Shown: positions 40,101 through 54,054, counted from the stretch's first letter. The stretch is DNA of 64,000 nucleotides from Tubiluchus corallicola (GCA_030141605.1 JAQGDQ010000510.1:62001-126000), one strand, 5' to 3'. The notes: generated from the letters alone by a model not told the origin. Numbers and translations are program-made.

Positions 40101-41817
40101 ATAATCCTGGGAAAATTCCTCACGTCAATTCATTAAATTGGATTATCAGTGAATGAAATAATTACGTAACAACAACTTGACTAAGGAAATGACAATCGCT
40201 TTTTGTGTCTTACAGGTTTTAAAATTTAATCAATTTAGACGTGTATAACAAAGATGGGAAAACGACTAGTGTCAGTTTACAATTTTCAACAATTCATGTT
40301 ATTATATCAGAGAGACCTGTTTTACTTTTCAAATAAGAATCATTCATTGTGTGTGTTGATAGATCTAAGCTTGGTCACCCACCCAATTACATGCGCCATC
40401 TGAATAATCCTAGGATCTTAGACGATAAATTTCCTTGCATTTTTACTAAACTAGACTGTCTTTAACAAATTTTGTTCAGAGTTGTATTTTGCAGTTATTA
40501 TTAAACATTATAATTTCTGTTTATGTAAAGGAAGCTGTTAGTGGTTTTGCATAAAATAAGTTAAGATAAGATAAGATATAATGATCTAACAGTACTGAAC
40601 ACAGTAGTAAATGGTTTGAGCTCAACACTTTTATCATGCCAGTAAAATTCATTTGTAATCCATTAAATGAATAGATATTTTTTTCTAATTCAAAGAAGTT
40701 TCCTTTTTAGAAAATGTAGTTATGAGCCATTTCAATGATTATGTAATGGGGTGCAATTTGTTGATAATAAAAGCTCTCTTTGTGCGCTATAAAAAACGCT
40801 TCAAGGTTGGCCATTGCCCAGTGTTTTCCAATACATAAAGCATGGGAAATATCCTGGAAAAATTCCCTAGATTAATTTAAAATGAAGGACTGTAATTATC
40901 ACTAAAATTTAGCCACTATTATGCTGTCGATGTGAATTAGTGAAAATTACAGCTGTTCTTTGTGTGAGGCATCTGTAGCTGAAGTTATGAACAGGTTTAT
41001 AAATTTAATGGAGGCATTTTTTGCAATTAACATGATTACAGTGACTCAAGTTGTCTGGTTTACAAAATTTAATAAGTTGAAAAATTGATGTAAACTTTTG
41101 TACAGAGCAGAGAGCGCATTGGAAAAAGATTTCTTAAAGTTTCATCAGATGATAATTGCACAAATATTCGCCCTGCTTGTGTTGAAAATTACTACATTGC
41201 TGTCTCACTCGCTTATGTGTATATATAGTATTGTGACGGCCCCATAGGTCTATGGTGCCTCACTCCAATACCAGCATCAATTTGAGCTATATTCGCCCTT
41301 GCACCGCTGTTGTTATTACTGTTATTGCTTGTAACTACCTCATAGTAGCCTACTGTTTATAGCTACCTTGTTTGAGCATAGACAGTAATACACATTTAGT
41401 TTGTTCTAGCCCTTCCCCCCTTACAGTGATAATCGCTCATTCTATGAAGCACTTGCTTGACACTGACCTATTTTCTGATCGCCGTTACCTGCATGGAAAT
41501 AGACAGTCAGTCTGGGCTATGCAACGTTCAATTACATACACGTCAAAAGTCGTTGAAATGCTTTCACCTTTTAACTAGCCCCGACAAACGTAGAATGATT
41601 GTCAGCAGTTTGATGCTTTGAACCTTTATTGTTCCAAATGACACTAATGAATGAAGCGCTAGGTGCAAGAACTAGTTGCAGTGTAATTGTTATGGAGGAA
41701 CAGGGTACACCCGCTATGAGATGGTGATTAGTGGCCGTATTTGATGGAGTAGTAGATAACCACACCTGGTGAGACCATCTTAGTGGTGGAAGTCGGCCTC
41801 CGAGTTATTAGAGTCAT

Positions 41818-42005
41818 CAGGGCCTATTTCGGGGGGGGGGGGGGTAAGTGGGGATACTTCCCCGGGGCCTCACCCTCCAGGGGGGCCTCGCGCCGAGGTA
41901 ACATTTTTTTGCTTTATGCGAACTTTCAATTGTTCATTCCTTTAACAACTGTGTGCCTCACACGCCCCACTTTCCCGGGCCTCGCTTAGGCTGAAATAGG
42001 CCCTG
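41818..42005. mobile_element. 188-bp hAT-type MITE
   Basis: Perfect 13-bp TIRs CAGGGCCTATTTC / GAAATAGGCCCTG, flanked by the 8-bp target-site duplication AGAGTCAT (41810-41817 and 42006-42013). Confidence 0.9.
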
Positions 42006-42177
42006 AGAGTCATTGCTTGAGAGGATTGCCATACGAGTGACTCTTGGAATTCCCAGGACCAATGATGGGAGTACGCTTTTGGTGAGCGACAGATACCAGT
42101 CGTCAGGAGCTCCTTTCTTGCTCTTTGTGGTGAACAGGACTTGTTGAGAAACCTGCCGGCCATCCGTTGTTAAAACG

Positions 42178-42750
42178 TTGTTAAGGAAAATACAAGATGA
42201 AATAGCACCGATTAAAAGTAACATGATAACATTTTCGATAGAAGTTAAATCATTGAAGGAAGAAAACAAACAACTAAGAAAAATGTGTAGCGAATTAAAA
42301 GCCATTGCCGAGAAACAACAAATGTATTTAAATAGCGTCCTATCACAGAAGAAGAAACGTCATTGTGACCTGGCTGATTTGGTGCGAAATAAGGCTTAAA
42401 AACTGATGAAGAGAAAATCGGAGTCCTCTTAAGCGAACTACAGTTAGTCCCACAGTTAGGAGATCATGCAAAATCAGAGGCTGAACAAGAAAAATGAGGC
42501 AAATGAACATCAAAACCGAACTACCCGACCAAGGACAATCATTATTAGCTACAACAACCAACAGTTGTCAAAAAAAAGATGATAGACAGTGCTAAAAAGT
42601 TAAATGTCTCTAATATAAGCACGCAAAATAATCTTCAATCACGATCTGACTGAAGAAATTATAAATGCTAATGTTGAGCTGAGGAGCAAACTGAAAGAAG
42701 AAAAAGCGGAGAATAGCACGTTAAAATATACTGCTAGGAAAAAACATCAT
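42178..42750 (+). mobile_element. degenerate LINE ORF1-like coiled-coil remnant
   Basis: Coiled-coil VKSLKEENKQLRKMCSELK followed by broken basic segments. Weak recognition. Confidence 0.4.
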
Positions 42751-42789
42751 CAGACGTGGGGGGTTATATTTAAAAGTTCTTGCAACCGT

Positions 42790-43450
42790 TTAAACTAATT
42801 AAGTAACCAGCGATTTTAATTTACTAAAAAAACTTGTTCATGGAATGTATTCCGCCAGTAATGGACGTAAGGATATGTAATGCAATAAGTCTGCTTAAGT
42901 CTAAAAATGTCTAAGATTTGATATAATACCTATTAGTTTATCGGTTTTGTAAATTACGCGTTGAATATGTGCGGATCAATAGAGTTTATTATCAATAATA
43001 AGGTCCAAATATTTGATACTAGTAACTTCGTCTAAGTATTGGCTATTAATCTTTACGCACAATTTACTTGTCCCGTGAATGTTAGCTTTTATTTGACTAG
43101 ACTTGATTATCATTAACTAAGTTTTTTTGTAATGACAGTTAATTTAAGATCCAAGCGTTTACCTTGTTTAATTCATGATTAACTGATTTTTGCAATTTTG
43201 TTGGGATAGTTTTGGAGAGGAAAAGTTTAGTATCATCTGCAAAAAGTCTTGTTTGAAAATTAGAACAATTAGGTAAGATTAATATAGAGTAGGAATAACA
43301 ATTGTTTGAGTGGATCCTTGGGGTACGCTAGGTAGCTACCAAGTGATGGGTAGGGATTTTGAATATATGTCATTGACTGCTTTGAACTGTTTTCTGTTAG
43401 TAAGGTATGAAGCAAAAAAGGAATATACCAACCATCTTATACCATGTTAA
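42790..43450 (-). mobile_element. LINE (L2/Crack-like) reverse transcriptase fragment
   Basis: Minus strand VPQGS (~43311-43326), LFLLYIN, LPNCSNFQTRLFADDT (~43230-43275). Confidence 0.8.
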
Positions 43451-44879
43451 TGTTCAAAATCCTTATTATTTAATGTTCAAGTTTGTTGAACTAGCAAACA
43501 ACATGTTAGACATATTTTATCGAACTGTATCGAGTAATTTATTACTAGTGTAGAGGCCGAACCCACCCACATTTGTCATCGTCACACTTATATATCACAC
43601 TTAGGTAATTGGGTATATCACCTGACAACGGTATATCATTTTTAAATGGGACACTCATAACGCTATAATGTCAGGCGGGCCATTAAAATGCGTTCTAACA
43701 TCCAACCAATCTGAAAAATTCTTATTTAAACTACACATTGAAATGAACAAAAGCAGATTTTAGGATTTTTTATGTTTTATGTAACTATGATTTTTTGTCA
43801 AAGTGAAAATTTTTGTGTATTTGCTTTCATAACTAGGAGTATAATTATTAGAGTCACTATCACTATCATCGCATTTGAAGGACAAGAAAAGGTATCTGAA
43901 GTAGGTTTCACAAAAATCGCCTTAAAAATTATATTACTTTATAGCAATTTTATGCGTATATCTTACTCGCATTGAAATTAATTTTAGTTTGTTTTTATTT
44001 TAAATTTTCTGTAATACTGTTCCGATGGCTACCCACAACGTAAATCAGGGGAAGAAAAGGAATGTTAAATTATGTCTCAAAAAAACTTTCCATGCAAATC
44101 TAGATTATTATAACATAGCGTTTCGCTCACCTGCTACAAATCTCATGTAACTCGAAAAGAAAATGTTTAATTATTTAAACGTTTTCACCAATTTGTAAAA
44201 TGTCACTGACTCACCCTCCAGGGTGAACCACTCACTAACCAAAAACTTACTTTTAATCATACTGACAAGATACAGTAATTTAAAATTTCACTTATTTCAC
44301 GTGTGTCCTACGAATACTCTGATTATTTTTCCAAACTTTACAAAATGTTATCTGAACTTGTTTCAAATGACCTGTCGTGAAAATGGCTGCGCCTAACGAT
44401 CATCACGGGAGTTTAATTTGCCATTTTTCATACAGCGTGAGTGCCGATTGAAGTCCTGTATGTAAAAGGCAGTATGTAAGTGATATAAACTTCCAAGACG
44501 AATTTTTTAAGCTTTATGTTTATGAAGGGTTTTCCTGTACTCTAAAGTTGAGTAGAGTGGAACTTTCACTAAGTGAAGGTAAATTTTCTAAAAACGAGTC
44601 GGAAATATCATACAAAAAATTGCCTTAAACATCATGTTCTTGTGTTTGAAAAGGTAACATAGAATCGAATTTTTTACAAAAGTAGTGCGCATTTAACATT
44701 GCTAATGTATGAAACTGGTTTAAAGCAAACAAGTGCATTTTAAATGCAAAAAAACAGTTACATAATGTTCTTTTCTGGTTTAGTCTAGAATTATCAGAAC
44801 AAATATTACATACAGGCACAAAATATTAACAATTTTATGTTACCTTGATCTAATAGTATTTCTTGTTAAAGTCTTGCAG

Positions 44880-45650
44880 GGTTTTCTCATTTATTATTTA
44901 ACTTGTGTTTTCATTATTCTTCTGCGTAATCTTTTCCATAATTTGACCACTGATATTTTAAGTGATGAGTTTTTTTGTGTTCTAGACACTGGCGAAAAAG
45001 TTCCCGCAATTTTCGTCGAAGCCATTCATTTCTATTGATTTTTTGGCAAATCAAAGAGAATGCTAGTAGAGTCTCATACTTCCTTGCGCTTCTTGTATAC
45101 TTGGTCTCAAAGCAGTCATCTGGTAAATTTGGCAATAATCTTGGGCTCATCCTTTCTATTGTGGTGTAGTCTGTATGCTGTACTCACATCCTGTTCTGTC
45201 AGCATAACTACTAACGTGCCACGTACTTTACGTTCTACAACGGTGTTTTTCTCGTTCAACTTAGGCATATCACTAAATTCCAAACAATTTCGTGGGTTGT
45301 CCTGCTTCAAGCTATCAAGATCCTCATTTTTCTGCTGTATCTTTTGTTGTAGTGCAGATACTGTAGATTCTAGGGCTTTCACTTTGTCAGTTAAATTGTT
45401 TACTTGAAAAGCCACCTTTCTAAATTCTTTAAAACTGTCACAAACATCCTGCCGCGAAAGTTTCATTTCTTCCGTTTCTTTAGTAAATTTTTGAACCAAA
45501 TTGTTTATCTAGCCATGTAATCCATTAATCGGGCTCTATAACCCTTTAATAGCTGCTCATATTGTTTTTTGAAGGTTTTTCGCAGTAGTTTGGTCCGTCA
45601 GGTTTGTTAAAATTATGGATTTCTTCTTTCCAAAATAGGGAGTAAAACAG
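44880..45650 (-). mobile_element. LINE ORF1-like remnant (coiled coil + RRM-type region)
   Basis: ...KNEDLDSLKQDNPRNCLEFSDMP...DVSTAYRL...PKIIAKFTR matches the LEQYSRR.NLEI.G.P...DI..AHRL...P.II.KF pattern. Confidence 0.7.
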
Positions 45651-45785
45651 TTTTCATTTTTTTATTTTCATCTAATTTATTAAGTAGTTTCTTGGGTGAA
45701 AACTACTTATATCAAACTTGTTCAAAGCCATAATATAACATTCGCATAATATAAACGTAACAAAAGTAGTCCAGCAAATGAGTTC

Positions 45786-46175
45786 TCAACTCAGCTTTGG
45801 TTGACGTACATAACTATCATAAGGTTGGCTAATGACATTTAACCAGTAGCGGATATTATCCTTAATTATTTTAATAAAAATGGGGAAACGGCCCAGTTCT
45901 GCCCTAGTCGCATATTTGCTTAATTTGTTACTGACATTCAAAAGAAATCTGCGTAATTTAATATTATGGCACACTGTAAAATTTAGTTTTGGGGAATTGG
46001 TTTTAATTTCAATAATGCTAGGTCCACACAAGAGCCACATAGCATGATAAGTTCTAAAGCATGTTCAAATAATTTCATAATAGTATTTCGGTTTGCGCAA
46101 TTTGAGATGTACTTTTTCATGCAGCAAAAAGCTTTTAGGCCTTTGTCTTTTAGTTTGGTACAGCATTGCCTGAAA
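45786..46175 (-). mobile_element. LINE ORF2 C-terminal fragment
   Basis: RFLLNVSNKLSKYATRAELGRFPIFIKIIKDNIRYW is the typical ...LGV...T...A...ELGR.P......YW post-RT motif. Confidence 0.7.
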
Positions 46176-47539
46176 GTATTTGCAGGATCGGAATAGCAGA
46201 TCCATTTTACGTTGCACTAACATGCAGAACTCTTCAACATCAAGCCGCGCTGTGGGTTTGATGTTGCATTCGTGGGGCAGTAATCTATTAGATACATACA
46301 GTATAGTTTTACTTTGCTCTGTTTTCAGTGAAAATTCATCGCGAGTAAAGAAATTCAGAAACTCGGTACTTCAATAAACCAGCAATAAGTGCTATATTTT
46401 TTATATTATGTACACGTCTACTTATCATATTGGGGATGCTGGCTGTCAATTCAACATTGCAGTAGGTAGCTGCATTGCAGGGCAGACTCACCTGCAGCAA
46501 GCGTTGCCTTACTGTGCACATTGCGTAGTATCTTACCACGTTCGAACGGCTGCCAAAAGAAATGAGTTAGAGTAATTTGGAAACTCGAAAATTTTTTGCA
46601 GAAATCAAGCCTCACAATTACAACTTGTGACTTGGCAGGTTGAAGTTTTACATATGCAGCACTAGAAAGAAAATTTAATACTCTTTCCAAGACATGTTGT
46701 TTTCATAAGTATCTCATTAAAAACTACACAACTATTCCACGTCGTGAAGGAGTTAAGATTGGAAAAGCATACGAGATGTCATATGCATATGACGCGTGAA
46801 ATACGCGAAAGCTCTGAATTTTCTTTGCGGAAAATCGGAAAGAAAATCACGTCTAGCTTTTCTTATTTCAAAAAGGTTATTTTGCGAGACACAATTTGCA
46901 TTTGTGCATTATTTACAGGCAGGAGTAAACATACTAAAGCAAGTTCATTTAAAATTGGACAGAAACGTTTCCGGCAAGCAATACACTGTTTTTAAGGTGA
47001 TCGAGTGAAACTGATTATTGGTGAACCTTTCATCAAATATTTCTGTCGATGAAATGGGTCAAATGGGTAAGAAGCGCAGACGTTTGGCACAATCAACTTA
47101 CTGCTGGAGTCAGTGCATTCAAAATCGAGGTATGTATTCTATATACAGTGTGCTTAAGCTTTTATAAGGGTATGAAAAAACGAGCAATAGTACAGAATAA
47201 TAATTTATTACGTCAAAGTACTGCTCAAACAATAGAGAATCTAGTAAAACGTCAAAATTTAACGGGCATCTCCCGGAAAGCTTGCAGTCTTGATGGTATC
47301 AGCAGAGACTCTCACAACTCAAGATCTCCAGTGCAAATGTCTCTCAAGCTCTGTGTATGGGGGTCAGGGTCATGTTTTTTGATCACCCTTACATCTATTT
47401 GTCTTTCAGCATACTGAGAATGTTAGGCACTCAGATCGTTTGTTTGGGATGTTTTTTAGGGACTGAGATCTGGTGAATGCCCTGGTTATTCGGCTCGACC
47501 AAAAAAATGAATGTGGGAATTTTCCATCATACACTTAAG

Positions 47540-49280
47540 CTTGTAAGCTGTACGAGATGCACGACCCTTAAGATCATAAGCTGTACGAGATGCACAACCC
47601 TCAAGATCATAAGCTGTACGAGATGCACGACCCTCAAGATCATAAGCTGTACGAGATGCACAATCCTCAAGATCATAAGCTGTGCGAGATGCACAACCCT
47701 CAAGATCATAAGCTGTACGAGATGCACGACCCTCAAGATCATAAGCTGTGCGAGATGCACAACCCTCAAGATCATAAGCTGTACGAGACGCACGACCCTC
47801 AAGATCATAAGCTGTGCGAGATGCACAATCCTCAAGATCATAAGCTGTACGAGATGCACGACCCTCAAGATCATAAGCTGTGCGAGATGCACGACCCTCA
47901 AGATCATAAGCTGTGCGAGATGCACAACCCTCAAGATCATAAGCTGTGAGAGATGCACAACCCTCAAGATCATAAGCTGTACGAGATGCACGACCCTCAA
48001 GATCATAAGCTGTGCGAGATGCACAACCCTCAAGATCATAAGCTGTACGAGACGCACGACCCTCAAGATCATAAGCTGTGCGAGATGCACAATCCTCAAG
48101 ATCATAAGCTGTACGAGATGCACGACCCTCAAGATCATAAGCTGTGCGAGATGCACGACCCTCAAGATCATAAGCTGTGCGAGATGCACAACCCTCAAGA
48201 TCATAAGCTGTGAGAGATGCACAACCCTCAAGATCATAAGCTGTACGAGATGCACGACCCTCAAGATCATAAGCTGTGCGAGATGCACAACCCTCAAGAT
48301 CATAAGCTGTACGAGATGCACAGCCCTCAAGATCATAAGCTGTGCGAGATGCACAGTCCTCAAGATCATAAGCTGTGCGAGATGCACGACCCTCAAGATC
48401 ATTAGCTGTGCGAGATGCACAACCCTCAAGATCATAAGCTGTGAGAGATGCACAACCCTCAAGATCATAAGCTGTACGAGATGCACAACCCTCAAGATCA
48501 TAAGCTGTGCGAGATGCACAACCCTCAAGATCATAAGCTGTGCGAGATGCACGACCCTCAAGATCATAAGCTGTGCGAGATGCACGACCCTCAAGATCAT
48601 AAGCTGTGCGAGATGCACAGTCCTCAAGATCATAAGCTGTGCGAGATGCACGACCCTCAAGATCATTAGCTGTGCGAGATGCACAACCCTCAAGATCATA
48701 AGCTGTGAGAGATGCACAACCCTCAAGATCATAAGCTGTACGAGATGCACAACCCTCAAGATCATAAGCTGTGCGAGATGCACGACCCTCAAGATCATAA
48801 GCTGTGCGAGATGCACGACCCTCAAGATCATAAGCTGTGCGAGATGCACGACCCTCAAGATCATAAGCTGTGCGAGATGCACAATCCTCAAGATCATAAG
48901 CTGTGCCAGATGCACAACCCTCAAGATCATAAGCTGTGCGAAATGCACGACCCTCAAGATCATAAGCTGTGCCAGATGCACAACCCTCAAGATCATAAGC
49001 TGTGCGAGATGCACGACCCTCAAGATCATAAGCTGTGCCAGATGCACAATCCTCAAGATCATAAGCTGTGCGAGATGCACGACCCTCAAGATCATAAGCT
49101 GTGCCAGATGCACAACCCTCAAGATCATAAGCTGCACGTGATGCACGACCCTCAAGATCATAAGCTGTGCCAGATGCACAACCCTCAAGATCGTAAGCTG
49201 TGCGAGATGCACGACCCTCAAGATCATAAGCTGTGCGAGATGCACAACCCTCAAGATCATAAGCTCTGTCAGATGCACAA
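47540..49280. repeat. 33-bp satellite (ctgtgcgagatgcacaaccctcaagatcataag), ~52 copies, with a 264-bp higher-order period
   Basis: Uninterrupted tandem units; diagnostic variants recur 264 bp apart. Confidence 0.98.
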
Positions 49281-50627
49281 AGCTAAATCACTAAATTTTG
49301 GAGGACTTGACAAATTCTCTATTGCTTCTCCAATACTTTGATGTAATAAATTGTTCTGTACTTTTGCAGCTCCTTAGATAAATTATTCCATTAGATAAAT
49401 ATATTGATTTTACTAGGGCATCGAATAGGAGGTAGTAGACAGAAAACAACTTCGTACAGTACATGACTGTTATTGAATGGACAGCTAAGTTTGCAAAAAT
49501 TATTAAAATGATTATGAGAATTCAAGACTCTCATACTCTGGTGCACACCTGCACAATAACCTAGAGCTAAGAGCTAAGGTTCACAGCAGCTGAGGACCAG
49601 TTGAAAAAGCATTGCTTAGTACTATTTTAATTTAAATTACATTTTAAACTGTTGTGTCATTTTTAAATTCTTTTTAAGCTTTTAGATCTTATTAAAAACA
49701 CTGTTAAGCAATGATAATTTTAAACAATTAATTTTTCTTAATTGGGTGTGAATTTCATTAGTATTTTTAAATTTTAGTGTTTTTTACTTCTAATACTAAA
49801 TGTCGTTTCGCCAATCTAGTTTTCCTGTATTTAGTAAATAATTTTAGTGGTATTTAATTTTTAAACTCGTGAATTTTTAAACATAATTTTCCTTTATGAA
49901 TTTTCAAATTATGCCTTTTATTAGCCTTATTTTCTGACACTTATTAACAAATTAAAATTCCTAATTCTTAATTTCTATGGCTTTTTAATGTAAATGTTAA
50001 TTTAATTTAATGTATGTAATTAATGTGAAATTTTTATTTATTTAATTTTACTTATTTGAAATTATCTATTTAATGTACTAATTATACGTGGACCATCGTG
50101 GAGATTTTGTATTATAGGCAATTTTCATGTAAATCAATGTAAAAATAAATTTCTTCTTAGCAAAAGGTTTTATACCTCAATTATAGACCAATTATAGACC
50201 ATCGTAGACTCAACAATTTTTAAAGTTCGCACGAATTATGAAACTTTTGTTAACCAATGGCCACAAGCTTTTGTTTTTGCTTGGGATTTCGATTCAGAAT
50301 TAGCTTCTGTTTGAACTATCTCTTAGCGATAGAGACTTTCAAATGTTTCACCAGGTACAAAAAAAACATAATTAAAATGAAGACAGTGACGTTCTTCTGA
50401 TACAAATTTGTTACGTGGCTTTGGTAATTAACGACAAAACTTAACATTAGTGTCTACTTTGATGAAAACTGTAAAAAGCGTGTGATTATGATAAAAACAA
50501 GCTTCACAATTAATATTTCTGTTAGTATGACATAGTACTAACATCATCAGAGAGATTGCCTTATTAATACATCTGGACTTTGTAAATTGTAATTTTTTTA
50601 GCTCTTTGCATAAATTTTGTGCTGAAG

Positions 50628-52133
50628 ATGATCATTTGGATAACTATCACGATAGTCATCTTGACTTACAACAATCCCGGCTCTTCCAAACAAAGTGAAC
50701 ATCAAGTGGAACTTCTAATGTTTTTCAATAATGCTCAAAATCAAACCAAAGTTCGGGCAAACCTTTACCAATGTATGACGTCCATGACACGTCACGCTAC
50801 GGGAGCCATAAAGCTGCATTTTATGGGAGACAACAAGAGCCTGATAATCGCGACTAACATCGTGAAAGAGGTGTTGCACACGACATCCCACTCACCGTCT
50901 TTACAATACGAGGTAATGATGCTCTACTGTCATAGCTGAAGAAGCTTGTTTAGTAAACAATGTGAACTTTAAATTTCACAGAAAGCTGATTTTATTGCAA
51001 AAATTCTTACACTGGTAATCGTAATCGTTAATTTATGAGTACGCAGTCGTGCAGTGCAAATATAATATTAATTATATGGCATGTCAGATAATAAGTATAT
51101 GATTCCCATCCATTTTAAATGAACCATTATCCATTTTAATTCAAATTGAAATTCTTCTAGAGTATTAGCGTTAACTAAGCGTTAACTAACATTATTATGT
51201 TAATGCGCCGTGTGCAATGATAAATACATTTATAAGAGTAGATTGACTTTTCTTGACTTTTCTTTGTCTTTGTATTATGAAGCTAGGTAAAAACATCCAT
51301 TTTACTCCCCTTTTTAAAGGGGTAAAACACGTGTATTAAATAAATTTTGGTGAGAACTAAAATGAATAGCTTCACTGCGAGACTGATCTTCGGAGAAATT
51401 TTTTGTACTTTCAGATAAGAACTTTATTTTTTGTTTCTCATTTTAGATTGATCTGCACGACGTGTGGGACGTCATAAATGACGTCACTGACGACGTCAGG
51501 TACTTGCAAGAAATTTTCAAGAGTCGCCTCCGTCACCACACGCTTTTCGATGATTATTACTACTTTGTTCCGTTTGTTATTCACAAAATACTCAATGTAA
51601 AAAAAGTTATAAAGATTGACATTGACACCATACTATTGGCAGATATTCGGCTATTGTGGCAATATTTCTATACTTTTGACAGTCAAATGCTCTTTGGTCT
51701 AGTCCCTGAACAGCAGCCTACGTATTTTAAGCAATTTCTCCAATACAGACACTACGCTGGAGATGATACAGTGGGAACACCACCCCCTTATGGCCATCCA
51801 GGCTTCAATGGAGGTCTGTACTTGATATATGTAGCTCGGATGGCCAAGTCTGACGTTTACCAACGTGCCATTCGAGAAGAAAACCTCAGGTCACTGATGG
51901 ACAAATATTTCTTTCAAATGCCACATTTGGGAGATCAGGACATTTTTACATTGCTGAGCTTTCAATATCCGGAATTATTTCTTTCCCTGCCTTGTTGGTG
52001 GAATAGGCAACTGTGTCGAATATATGCAAGGCAGAAATGGGTTACGTCAGCTCTGTTCAATATGTACTACAGATGCAATAAACGCATCATGCTGTACCAT
52101 GGTAACTGTAATACAGTACTTCTGCCATCTTGA
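50628..52133 (+). CDS. XXYLT1: xyloside xylosyltransferase 1-like (GT8), exons 50628-50912 and 51447-52133; ~323 aa (an upstream exon is possible, acceptor at 50601)
   Basis: VELLMFFNNA, IKLHFMGD, phase-0 GT/AG junction QYE|IDLHDV, KIDIDT (DxD), PEQQPTY, VGTPPPYGHPGFNGG, HLGDQDIFT, LPCWWNRQLC, MLYHGNCNT; collinear with human XXYLT1 motifs as remembered. Confidence 0.92.
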
Positions 52134-52271
52134 CATTGGTCACATCAGTTCTGTTTGACATGTACCACAGCTGTATAAACGCATTATGCTGTATCTTATA
52201 TATATATGTATCAATCTATCAATCAATCATTGTCCAATATTACCCCATTTTATCCTATACCTACACGCACC

Positions 52272-52365
52272 AGACACACACACACACACACACGCACGCA
52301 CACACACACATATGTATATACATATATATATTGCAAAACGATATATATACATATATATAAGGTAC
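52272..52365. repeat. (CA)n/(TA)n microsatellite
   Basis: Directly visible. Confidence 0.9.
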
Positions 52366-53944
52366 AATGATTGATTGATTGATCAGTTTATTTCAGCAAA
52401 AAGCAATATACTAACATATCAAGTATGCGTGTGTTTGTCCCGGACTGCGTGATTTTGACCTTTGACACCTGCGGGGTGCCCGATCCCCTCATTTTTTTCA
52501 AATAATCCATTCCTAACCCTAGCTGCAAACCTAACACCCTTCGAGTAATGGAACTGTTCAAACCCCCTGCAAATAAATCCAACCATAACCCTAACTAAAT
52601 GAAAATTTACCTTAAGTGAGATTCCAACCGCCAATCGATTGCGTGGCCCTCCTCCTTACTCCCTAAGCCATGCCGTCTTTGATTGGTTTGCATGTGTTAA
52701 ATGTGGTATAAGTGTTGTAGGTTCTTTGCGCATGCGTGGCTGCTATAACCCTAACTTGTTATAAAATGTGAACGTTGGTTTGCGCATGTGCAGTTGCTCT
52801 AAGATTGTGTAATGATCTTATGCAATTGCTTTTATGATTGCGTAATACACGAAGACATGCACGTTAGAGCACGCTGTTTATTCGTCAACACGTGCTCTTT
52901 AATTAAGCTTTGCAGGGAAAATTTGATTTAGAGAGAGAGAGAGATTAAAACACTTCTCCAAACACCAAAATCACATTTTCATAAGTATTTACTATTCGAG
53001 TACAAATGAATTCTACATTTGATTATTATTCTACAATTCTACAATTATTAAAATTCTACACATTTGATTATACAATTATATATATATATATTCGTTTATG
53101 TAATAAGAAATAATTAATTCTACAGTTACATATGACAGTCGTTAAGCAGGCAAGCAAACATTATTTTTCTCGTATGCAAAATCTTTAAATTTTAGAAAAG
53201 AATGCAAGAAATCTCCTAACTCTGCTCCCCCATCATTATTATGCTTCCAGTGTGGAAAACATTTAACGTGATCTGTCCACATTTCCAAGTTAATTTGGGA
53301 AGAAGTTCTACTTCGTAAAACACTTCATTAAAACAATGTGGTAACTTTACGAGTTCTCGATAAAGTGGAGGTAGGTTCAGTCTGCAGGGAAGTTTAGCAC
53401 TGGTGGTAACGGTTCAAACTATTGCAGGTGCAGGGGGTGTCAGTCTGTGATGTTCGATAATGGCATTTTCTAGCTTTCGTTTTTGAGAAAAACCGTTAAT
53501 CAATGCCTATCCGGAGGCGAAAATCATCAACGTGCCACCCCTCGCTTCAGCAGAAGCATTTGCAGTCTCTGTGTGTAGTGTTGTAGCAGCTTCAAATCGA
53601 AACGCTGGCGACGACGTTGACTGTTCTGATCGTAAAATTAGTAGATAGTTGACCACAGTTTCGGCTGCCCGGATCGCTCTGCCTCGTCCGTTGCTCTGCC
53701 ATTGTATGGCCGGCGGTACTCGTTCGTTTTGTAGATCATCTATGCGTATTACTACGCGATTTTTGGGATGATATCTGCATCTCCCATGTCAACAAAAATC
53801 TTGGCAACCAAAACATTATTAAGGGGACTCTTTGAAAAAAGGCTTATTTCATCCTCGATATTCCTGTAACATGGAAAAAAGGAAGCAGATGATGATGATG
53901 AGGATGGCGAGTACCCTAAAGCAGCGAAAATACATAGACAAATT

Positions 53945-53951
53945 GTATGTA

Positions 53952-54049
<98 letters not shown>

Positions 54050-54054
54050 TGTGT
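53945..54054. repeat. (GT)n microsatellite
   Basis: Directly visible. Confidence 0.97.

Noticed and set aside
47540-49280. CRISPR-like array of 33-bp repeats
   Set aside because: Units are head-to-tail with no unique spacers, no cas genes, and the context is eukaryotic.
52500-52760. Telomeric repeat (cctaaccct motifs)
   Set aside because: Only scattered single motifs, probably part of a dispersed repeat; no tandem array.
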